A stretch of DNA of 62,838 nucleotides, the filler included, from Platydemus manokwari (Eukaryota), in NCBI GenBank assembly GCA_037951405.1. It is 6 parts of 6 records of this genome, joined end to end, with 100 filler letters (N's around TTAATTAATTAA, not from the genome) between each part and the next. Parts side by side here need not be neighbours in the genome. Positions count along the whole stretch, not along the records: positions 53,032 to 62,838 come from JBBMOY011201988.1; 5 more parts are not named here. One strand, 5' to 3'. The position numbers were made by a program, and so were the translations under genes. Below, one piece after another: positions 53,032-62,838 of the stretch (its first letter is position 1; each line of letters opens with the position of its first letter). The notes under the pieces are model-generated. The model was not told the DNA's origin and ran no database searches. It saw nothing but the letters and a program-made list of their open reading frames with translations.

Positions 53032-54140
53032 ATAAATAAATAAAGGGACTCACGCTGTTGAGTTGTGCTCTAACAACTGACAAATTAACATTCAACCACA
53101 ACCCAACAGAAGCATTGGATTGGGTTGATTCACATATTCCATCAAATGAAAGGAGTAAAACATTGTGGTGTAAAATAAGAGAGAGTATTAAATATGCTGT
53201 AAAGAAAACATAAACAACGGTTTCTTTCACTATTATCAACGGTGATATAATGCTTAGAGTTCAACAAAGCTTTACAATCAATGGTTCCTATGACGAAAGT
53301 AGTGCCATAATGGAACCAAAGAAAATCAAAGAAACATCAAAACTGCTGAGACAATGTTTTGTACGATCTCACCAATTGAACTGGACTAATCAAATCAGAA
53401 ATTGACGCTATAGCAGCTACTCAGAAGCCATTAGCCCAATGTGGTCAAAAGTAGTTTTAATGGGTTATGGCTAAATTCAGATTTATTAATAATGCAACAG
53501 AATCATGGACATCCATGCCAAGGAAAGTGTTAACAATACGGATTACAGAGTCTTTATAAAGAAAAAATGTCGATTTACGGAATCCAAATTAAGGGTAGAT
53601 CTTCAACTAATAAATGATCGAAAATTCACGATCGTCCTAGTCGATGTAAAATGCCCCATGAACCAAGCTGCTTTAATGGCTGAAACAGCACAAAGAAATA
53701 TAGAAAAATAGAAACTTCCGAAATGCGATCAAAAAAGAGGCCCGATTAAACTGTGGAACTGTCCACTTTTGTTGTAGGAGTTCTCGAGACTTGGCAAACA
53801 CAGACGAACGATACAGTACTAAAGAAATTGGGAATGAATAAGATAATGATAAATAAGGTAGCTCTTGCCTGCATAAAGCCGAGTATTAATGCGAGCTATC
53901 TGCAATAGAAGTTCCATACGGGAAAAAAGACGGCAACAAAAACAGTCTTAAAAATAAGGGAAGAAGATTTCCAAGACAACATCGACTGGATGACGGAGAC
54001 AGAATTGAATAAGATGTTGAATTGATTGTATGATTAAACTAGCGAACTGTTATTCATGGATCGATCGAAAGAAAGTTCCATGTACATCCCATATTTTAAT
54101 GTATGGGTAAATCGAATATCAATGTTTATGAATAAATATT
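53032..54140 (+). mobile_element. RLE-type non-LTR retrotransposon 3' end (endonuclease and 3' UTR), degenerate
   Basis: SKLRVDLQL...IVLVDVKCP...RNIEK* then FVVGVLETW...VLKKLG, the PD-(D/E)xK RLE motifs of the NeSL/R5/Utopia group; AATAAA near 54132. Confidence 0.75.
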
Positions 54141-54472
54141 AGTATTATATTCACTTGCGAATCTTTATTACTAGTATCACGATTGATATCATTGAAAATT
54201 AAAAAGTTAGTCTGTTGAAATATTTATATTTCAATTTGTTTGGTTGAATTTACAATTTATTGGAAATAGTTAAAATTCATTGGTATTTTCAGTATATCTA
54301 CTCGTTAATTATTACAGAAGCAATCGTATATGTAGTTTTCACAAATTTTTACTTGATTTACGTTTTCAGTAAAATTAATTGATATCATTATTTATTAACC
54401 AGTTAACTGAAATTAACTCTATTTGAAAATTAAATGAGGAAATCATTTTGCTTTAAACGATTCTTTGTGCAG

Positions 54473-56557
54473 GGCTATATTTATGAAAGAATAATAAAAA
54501 GAATTGAACCTCCTAGACGAGCTCCCTTCTTTATTACTGTCCTCACGCAATATAAACTTCAACAAAATCTTCTCGAAGATAAATGCAAGAAAATCTTGTC
54601 GAGGAACAGTATAACAACACCTCCTTTAGTTAAAACCGTAATTCGAAGTCAAGGTGAGATCAAATAATTTTAATGCTAATTAGTATTTTATTAAAATAAG
54701 GATCTGAGAATGATTATATTATATTCTCTACCGTTCGATCAATTAGAAATAAAGATGATATTAATGATTTTCCAACCCCTGGTTGGGAAAAACAACACCT
54801 GGGATTCATAACGGATCCAAATCAAATCAATGTGGCATTAACTAGAGCAAAAAAGGGTCTTATCATCATTGGTGAGAATATAAAGTTTTTATCACATTTA
54901 ATAGACTGCAGGCTATAAAATTTCTTGCATGAATTACTACCAAAGCAACTATCATTAAGTACTTTAATTGCGATTTCCTCACGTGACCGACAATCAACGT
55001 AATTTCTTGGCAACTATTTTCTTGATCCACAACGTAATTATTCTCTCTTTTCTTAAAAGTTTTTGAAGTCTGTGAGCCACATGGAAGATATTTCTATGGT
55101 TTGGTTTATTCTTCCTGATGACACGACTGTATCCTGAGTTAGTGTTTGTCGTAATCAATATAATAAATGTTTATGTTTTGTTAATAATTGTAACAGAGCT
55201 TATGATTGTTGATTGGCTTTCTTTCTAAAGTCACATAGATGATTGGTTAAGAATAGAGCAGACATCTTCTTTGGTGTAGATTTTGTTAGTTGTGGGTATT
55301 ATAAAGATCATTAAAGTCGATCTAAAGAAACTTATCATCGATAAAGGCTTTTACTGTCTTCCAAATTGGTTCTCTGTTTCAGCTTATTCTCGCTTATCCT
55401 TATCCTGAGAATTCCCGATTATTTTTGATAACGAACAGTTCTCGTAATCAGTTTCCCATTTTCTATTGTGTATGTTCGAGCTTAATTGGTTTATGTTAAT
55501 ATATCGTGGATTAATGTTGGCCTCTTATTATTATTTCTCCAATTTAATCTTCTTGTGGTTATTTTCGGGAAATCTACGAGTTTTGTTTTGGTTGGCTGAA
55601 TAAAGATTGTTATTGTTGGTTTCGAACAAGATTGGATACAGTAGAGTTAAAGCCAGAATTCAATCCAGTGTGTGTAGTTATTAATTCCAATAATAATAGC
55701 AATAACTATTTTCCGCAAATTTGTAAATAGCAATATGAACACAACGCAAGAAATAATCAATATTCGTTTAATCTGATTATTCAAAACTTTAAATTCATTT
55801 CTCATGGAAACTGTCGATTTTTTTAAATCACGAGTTATGTTGCGATAAAAGTTATTAAGGTCCATTTCGTAATAGAAATTATAGCAAGCACCAATTTAAC
55901 AGTTATTCGGATCTGAAAATAATAAAGTGTGCTTTTTTTCGATACAGATTATATGAAAAATTGGGGAATATCAATATTAATTTTATTAGAACATGGTACA
56001 TGTAAATTGTAAAAAAAACATACAATTGATTATTTCTGTAATAATTTTGACATGAATAGGATGAAAGTTGACTTAATATTTCAACATTACTTTGATGATT
56101 ATCCGATTAAAAATATTCAAAATACTAATATCTCATTTGAATTTATCACGTGGTTTAATTTATGGATTAAAACATTTGATGTAAATAATATTAGTGAGAC
56201 AGTGTGAAAGTAAATAATATACATTTAATTTGTTGACATGTCCTAACTAGTCATATAAATATACATTCGGGATTAAATGAAGTGAATATTTAATAAAAAA
56301 TTGTTGATTCAATCTCTTATTATTTAGTAAAAAGATTTATTTTAAATCATCTCGGACTTGTTTTGGACGATTTTTTAAAATTGCTTCTTTAGTAAATGAT
56401 AAATGGTGAACAAATCCAGATTTATAATAATAAAAAATAATATATTTTTGTAGGAAACAGTCACCTTCTCAGTGTGAACAAAATATGGAGAAATTTGATA
56501 ATCAATATGAAAAAGCGAGACTGTTTCTTTTATGATTACATGGACTTTATTTTATAA
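54473..56557 (+). CDS. Last three exons of a HELZ2-like UPF1/SF1B RNA helicase
   Basis: Exons 54473-54653, 54701-54871, 56454-56557 join in frame: ITVLTQYKLQ...KTVIRSQGSENDYIIFSTVRS...PTPGWEKQHLGFITDPNQINVALTRAKKGLIIIGNSHLLSVNKIWRNLI...*. These are helicase motifs IV-VI; SQG and PTxGW..LGF..D.NQINV are HELZ2-like. Confidence 0.9.
54960..55900 (-). mobile_element. Possible LTR/env-like retroelement debris in the helicase's last intron
   Basis: LTR-like composition at ~55050-55300 and a short minus ORF with a hydrophobic segment (55647-55865). Confidence 0.25.
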
Positions 56558-58249
56558 CTTTCTCTTAGTTTTACTAGTTTTATGTAATCAGATGTATATA
56601 TTTTTGTTATTAGTAATATCAGGTTTTATAATTTTCACTTAATCTTGAAGTTTTAGAAAATATATTTAGCTTATATTTATTAGTTTCTTATTATTTAATA
56701 TCAAAGTGATATGAATATAAGATGTTAGATAATATTTAATGAAATAACATATTAAATCCTCCAAATTTAGTAAAATTTCGATATTTTTCCAAAATCACAT
56801 CGAATACACTTACAAGATATTTTAACGATAAAAACAAACTTCTATTCACTACAAAACAATAATTATGGTACTTGTCTCAACAAATAAGAATCACAATTTT
56901 CGGGAATTGCGATGTGGTTTCGATATTCCTAGATTTTATTCTATATATTTAAGACCTTACAATGATTCATACGTACTGGTGTAATATTAGGTGTAGAAGC
57001 ACTTTATATGTATTCGCCTGATTTAACATGAAATCCATATACTGCACAACCCCTTGTGTCGTATTCCTATGTGTCAATCTAAAACAATTTTGACTAAAGT
57101 TTGAACAATTTTTCGGAAATGTTTGGGCATTGTAGTGTGGTTTAGTTTTCAGAAGAGCATTGGCTCGTATTGTTTTTTAGCTTATACCTGACTCCAAAGG
57201 CGCATTAAATAAATGATAAAAAGTATTTTAAATATAAATAAATAAATCATCACAAAATATAGAAATATATAATTAGTCTATCAATACCGACTTACGATAA
57301 TATAAAAACAAATACGAATTACAAATAACAAATATCAAATGTGAAGTAACAATTAATAACAAACAACCATTTATAACATATAACCAGGTGGATTATTTAT
57401 AATTGATGATTTAATCCCTATTGCATTGAATTTGTTAGATCCTTGTATAAAGACCTACAAGGTTCCTTATTATTAATTTGGGATAGTTGGAACTTATAAA
57501 AGTTACTAATAGTTAGGTAAAGTCAGGTTTTAGTGACACTGTTATATACAATGGTGAAACTATTTGTCGTTAAAATAAACATGAATGATCGTAAATTTTG
57601 TAAAACAAGAATTAAATTACTACTGTATAGTATTTTCTCCTTTTTAGTTCATGTAGTCCGTTTTCGAAAGAACTATTTTAAATAGAGTCCTTGATGCAGT
57701 CAGTAAATGAGTTTCTCTTAGGCGAAGTGGATTAGCTTATATTTCGCTTGCTTTAGGAAGTCAATAATAAATGTCATCAATAGTATTATGTGGGTCAATC
57801 AATAATCGTGTTTAGACTCCTACGATTCTGTAATTCAATTTTTGTGATCATTAAATAATTACTTCTATTTTTATAATTATTAAATTATATTTGAGTACTT
57901 TCTATTTTTAGTAAGGTTTTAATGTCTAGATTTTTATACTCATTTATTATTATTATTTTAGATTAGTTCAGTATCCAAAATATGTTCCCCGTAAAAAATT
58001 CTCGTACTGAGAACAATTAATTTTTTCTAAATAGTTTTGTTGAGTTTTAATTAGTCCTGGTTATTTGAAAGCATTTATAGTACAATTTTCAGGAGGAAGC
58101 ACATGATAAAGCATGATAAAGATATAATTATTTTTATTATTTCAATTATGCTAATGACAAGCTTTCTAACATGTTCTTGCACCTCCGCTTGGGTTTGATT
58201 CTTTCGGATTAAATAATGCATGCTAGCTAGGTTTTCTCTTATATCATTA

Positions 58250-58512
58250 GATCAGATATTTTGATACAATAAATACAAATGATTTAACATTTCCAACACC
58301 AATTGATGAAATTAAGAAATTTGAAAATAATAATAATTTTAAAATAAATGTTTACAGATTAAATAAACGATCTCAAATAAAAGAATCAAACGGAGAAGAC
58401 ACACGATTATATACTGAAAGAAAAGATTATCAAATATATTCAATTTATATATCTCAAAAAGAAAATTATTCTCAAGATATAAAACTTCTATATTTTAAAA
58501 CTTCAAAATATT
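58250..58512 (+). mobile_element. Polinton/Maverick-type DNA polymerase B N-terminal fragment
   Basis: DTINTNDLTFPTPIDEIKKFENNNNFKINVY...IYSIYIS...IKLLYF matches the Polinton polB motif FPxxxxxIxKFExxN..INVY..IYP..I.LL. Confidence 0.6.
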
Positions 58513-58514
58513 AA

Positions 58515-60268
58515 ATGTGGTTGCGAAAGATGTACTCAAACCTTCAACTGCTCCATATGCCCACTGAAGCTATCAATACCCTACCAACAAATGAACTTCT
58601 GAAGCCAATCCAAACTCCGAATACAATCACAAACGATATCTGCAAAACAACTTCCTACTAGCTGCTAATGATTTTGCACACAAACTCATGCATATTTCTG
58701 TGCTCTTGTTTTGGTCATGCAAAACCTGCAACAAAATGGCCCAAAAAATATCCAACAAATATCTACGAAATGGAAGAAATTCAGCAAATACTTCCACATC
58801 AAAATGACAAATTATAACAACATCCACAACAAGTAACACTCTATCAATCACTCAAAACTCTCTACCAGACAACGAAGAACCCGATCAAACCAATTAGACT
58901 AACCACTCAACCATTACCTGACTTCAAAACAATAGATATTGACATTGATGATGTAATCCTCAAACACGACTGGCTCGATGGACTCTCCATAGACTGAATC
59001 CGACTCAGATGAGGATATACAATCACAATGACTAACCAGCTATGCGATCGAGGTTTTTCTACATAACAAAATCACAGATCAAGCCGCCAACATATTCATA
59101 AAACCACAACCGGCAAATGCTATCCTAAAAAATGACTTCAAAACTTTCTACGAATCATTTCCATTCAGAAAACTTGCCACTAGCGAAACTGTTTACTATC
59201 TAATTCACTAGAACAACAACCACTGGAATCTCTACATCGCAGATCGCCTGAAGTTGTCATCACACTTCATCGACAACTCGAACCTCAAAAAAATCTCGCT
59301 CGCTGAAATTGTAAATACGTTCGAGAAACTTAGAAAATCCTCACCGGGCGATGACGGGATCACATACAAAGATTGGAGACAGCTAGATCCGCAGCACCTA
59401 TACATCCAATCTCTATTAAACAGAATACTAAAAACAAAAACCATCCCAAACCAGTAGAAGGAATGTAATACTAACTTACTAATAAAACCAAGCAAGCAGG
59501 ACCTATCTCATCTCATAACCTCGTGGAGACCAATCGAGATCACGGATACTTCATATCGAATATTCACCACAATCTTCAACCTCAGAATTCTCAAATGGAT
59601 CGATGCCGGCAACTTACTATCTCCAAATCTAAAAGCAATGTTCGCTTCTGACCGATGGGCTGAACACAGCACTTACCTCTTCTCGTTGCAGGAATATGCA
59701 TCACAACATAACAAAGACCTCCATCTGTGCTAGATCGACTTCAAAGAAGCTTTCCCAAGCCTAGCCCACGATGTAATCTGGTACACGCTCAAATCGATGG
59801 GGTGCAACTCTCACTATATCGAAATGATTCAGGCCTTAAACGAAGACAGTGGGATGATCAAGACTTCACCAATACCGATCTATCATCATGTCAAACAAGG
59901 TTGCCCTTGTCAATGGTACTGTTCTACCTCTCAGCCGACTTTATTCTGCACTCATCATCAGATATTCCAGAACAGCTAACTGTCCAAAACAGCGTATTCT
60001 CCACACTGGCATACGCTGCTGACATTGTTATCTTAGCAAACACTGGAGAAAACTTAGAACTCAGGCTCCACCACATAAACGAAATAAACGAAATTCAACT
60101 CATAATCAACGCCAACAAATGTGGTTAACTCACTAAAAACCAGAGAAACCGGATAGATATTCAAATCAACGAGAAACAAATATCAATCACTGATGCAAAT
60201 AATCTATACAGATACTTTGGAGTACTGTTTGAACTCTCGAAGCGTATTCCAGTCAACAACATTTTGTA
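58515..60268 (+). mobile_element. RLE-clade (NeSL/Utopia-like) non-LTR retrotransposon, zinc finger + RT, inactive
   Basis: FNCSICP zinc-finger start; KSSPGDDGITYKDWRQLDP; SWRPIEITDTSYRIF; AEH; *IDFKEAFPSLAH; VKQGCP/LSMVLF; LAYAADIV (dead YADD); INANKC; YRYFGV. Two in-frame stops and a frameshift. Confidence 0.9.
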
Positions 60269-61501
60269 AACAATCATATTTATTGCTTTATTTAATAATA
60301 CCCAAAGCAAGACCATTTTCCGTGGTACTATTTATTAATATAACTCAATATATTTTTCAAAATTATCAATGTTGTGGATTATCATTAAACATTACAGCTC
60401 CATCATTCTTTTGAATTTATACTTCTTATCCATTTCTTAGTGAAATTTGTAAACTTTTAAAGATTTCTTTAAATAACTGATAAATTCTGTCATTTTTTGA
60501 TATCACTACCATTTTCCTTTTAATTATCTCTCAGATTGAGCATTCGGTTTTCTTCATCATCTCTATAAATTCTGCTTCGGGTTTTTCTTCTATGAATTTC
60601 AAATTTTTAAATGTTTCATAAATTTTTTTATTATGATTAATTATTAAAATTATTGATTCAAAGAATCAATAAAGTAAAATGTTAATCAATGTTTTCGTTA
60701 TCTTTATCAATGTTTATTTAATAAGCCCTAATTACTTCAGATCTCGACACTTATTGGTAAAAATAGTCACATTATTAGTAATTTTAATAATTTCATTCAA
60801 CATAACGTTTATTTGTCATTTTTAGTTGTTCTTTCAATTTCTGCTCTATCGTCGTCTGCATATTTTCCATTCAAATATAACTTCTCCTTTCTTGCACTGT
60901 AGCGTATAATATGTATTCAATTTCTGATAATATTTATAAATCTCATTTATCGTTTTAAATTATATTTTGTATTTTGATAATATTTCATTTGTTTCTATTC
61001 TAAACTTTTTGATTCTTTGTGATTTAAAACAATTACAACAATCTACATGTATTGCAATCGATTTTAAATCACTTATCAATTGTTTCTTCAATCGTTACCG
61101 TTTCGCGTTTTTCTTTTTCCATTTTCAATCATTTTTCCTTGTTTATTTTCTATTATTTACTTTTATTTTCTGTTATTATAGTTAGTATTCAATTTTTCTT
61201 TATTTTCATGTTTAGTTTAATATTGTGAATATTTTTCACATGTATTTCTTGAGAGCTTTTCTGCATACCCTGTATAAATATCATTTTTATGTACAAATAA
61301 CTTTAATAATTCAACCACTTAAAATTTAATAATTATTTGATATAAGGGTTTTATATAATCTAGTTTTCAATCATATAACTGATATAATTTAAATCAAGCA
61401 GAAAATAAATATAAAAGTAATAAAAAATCAACTTTATTAAATAATTTGAATAAATCATTTCTATAAAAAATAATATTTTATTTTAAAAAATAACATTTTA
61501 A

Positions 61502-62695
61502 TCAATATTGTTCCAATTTTATGTTTATTGGAAATTCAAGTCGTCTTCTCTTGAATTCATTGACATCTTCAGTGTCAATTAATTTCCTTTTTATATTTTC
61601 TTTTATATTATGATTTATTTCCATTTTATCAATCAATACACTTTCATTTTTAATTAACTTGACAGGCGACGTGAAATATTCAAATTTATTCGAAATCGCT
61701 TGCAATTTAATTCCATCTCTATCCATTTCATTGGATTTCAATTCAATATTATCAGAAATACTTCTTTTCATTTGGCAGATCTCTTTGTTTTCATTGTCAA
61801 TATTTACTAATCTTACTAGTTCTTCCACTGATTTCAGATCACTGCTTTTAGAAGCATTTTCTATTATCTTACTTTTAGTCCTGACCCAATAACGAACCGA
61901 GTTGATTGTTGTATCAAGTTTTCGAGCAATTTCTCGCAATTTAAATCCTTCTTGATACATTACAATAGCTTTCAATTTGGTTTCTGTAGGAACTGTTAGT
62001 TTCTGTTTTATTCTACTAGCATTGAAATTTTCAATAAGTTTTATATTTTCAATTGCATTATTTGATATCAGATCACTGTAATTAGATACTTTTTCTATTA
62101 TCTTATTTTTATTCTTGTACCAATAACGAACAAGGTCGGCTGATGTATCAAATTTTTTCGCTATTTCTTGCAACTTGAATCCTTCATGATACATCACAAT
62201 AGCTTTCAATTTAGTATCTGTAGAAACGTTTCGTTTCTGTTTTAATCTATTCGCATTTAGATCTCCAAAAATGTTTATATTTTCAATTTCATTCTGTGAT
62301 ATCAGATCACCACCGTTAGATACTTTTCCTATTATCTTACTTTTATTATTGACCCAATAATGGATAAGATTGAATGATGTCTGGAATCTATTTGCAATTT
62401 CTTGCAACGTGAATCCTTCTTGATACATTTCAATAGCTTTTAATTTAGTATCTGTAGAATACATTCGTCTTTTCAATTTCAAATCATTTATATATCTATC
62501 TGCATTATTTTTCATTTTTTCAATATATTTTGTTGTTATGTCCTTAATTTCGTCATTCACTTTATTGACTTTATTGATCAAATACATATTTTGCTCAGAG
62601 GACATTTCGAAATTTTTCGGTATTTCATTTAACTGAATTCTTTCATTATCAAAATCATTTGATTCATGAATTTGTACCACTGATTTACTTTGCAT
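61502..62695 (-). CDS. Intronless 397-aa protein with 3 intact + 1 degenerate tandem HTH units (CENP-B N-terminal/psq/Brinker-like), putative DNA-binding protein
   Basis: 78-aa repeat K.KR..STDTKLKAI.MY.EGF.LQEIA..F.TS...V.YW...K.KII; no DDE domain; C-terminal KRKLIDTEDVNEFKRRRL. Intact 1.2-kb ORF in very AT-rich DNA. Confidence 0.85.
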   Translation of the reverse strand: MQSKSVVQIHESNDFDNERIQLNEIPKNFEMSSEQNMYLINKVNKVNDEIKDITTKYIEKMKNNADRYINDLKLKRRMYSTDTKLKAIEMYQEGFTLQEIANRFQTSFNLIHYWVNNKSKIIGKVSNGGDLISQNEIENINIFGDLNANRLKQKRNVSTDTKLKAIVMYHEGFKLQEIAKKFDTSADLVRYWYKNKNKIIEKVSNYSDLISNNAIENIKLIENFNASRIKQKLTVPTETKLKAIVMYQEGFKLREIARKLDTTINSVRYWVRTKSKIIENASKSSDLKSVEELVRLVNIDNENKEICQMKRSISDNIELKSNEMDRDGIKLQAISNKFEYFTSPVKLIKNESVLIDKMEINHNIKENIKRKLIDTEDVNEFKRRRLEFPINIKLEQY

Positions 62696-62838
62696 AATTT
62701 GATTATTTTTAATATAATAAAATTTATTTTTAAAAAAAAACCAAAAATTAAATTAAAATATTTTTATGTGAAATTCTATTTGTCTAAATTAATTTAAAAT
62801 TATATCAAGAAATATAAATATATTAATGAGATAATGAT

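Overview
AT-rich eukaryotic genomic DNA, most likely a triclad flatworm (planarian). This is inferred from a triclad-like 18S fragment, 42-63 bp introns, extreme AT content and the TE repertoire. The window is six contigs of about 9-13 kb joined by artificial 100-bp spacers (N44-TTAATTAATTAA-N44), plus one plain N gap, so adjacency across spacers is not guaranteed. Host genes: a 9-exon SLC38A10-like amino-acid transporter (3' end missing), an intronless DEG/ENaC channel, a 3-exon ANKRD42-like gene, one conventional PKC C2 exon, the 3' end of EF1-alpha, the last three exons of a HELZ2-like SF1 helicase, and an intact intronless 397-aa ORF of 3-4 tandem CENP-B/psq-like HTH units with no transposase core. 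The remainder is TE debris: mariner TIRs, Tc1, hAT, Merlin, MULE, piggyBac-like, Gypsy/LTR, three RLE-type non-LTR fragments and a Polinton-like polB piece. There is also a degenerate 18S copy and a 1.07-kb almost C-free intronic satellite. The best candidate for something undescribed is the tandem-HTH protein with variable recognition helices, an NLS and SUMO motifs. All family calls come from motif recognition by eye; no database search was run.
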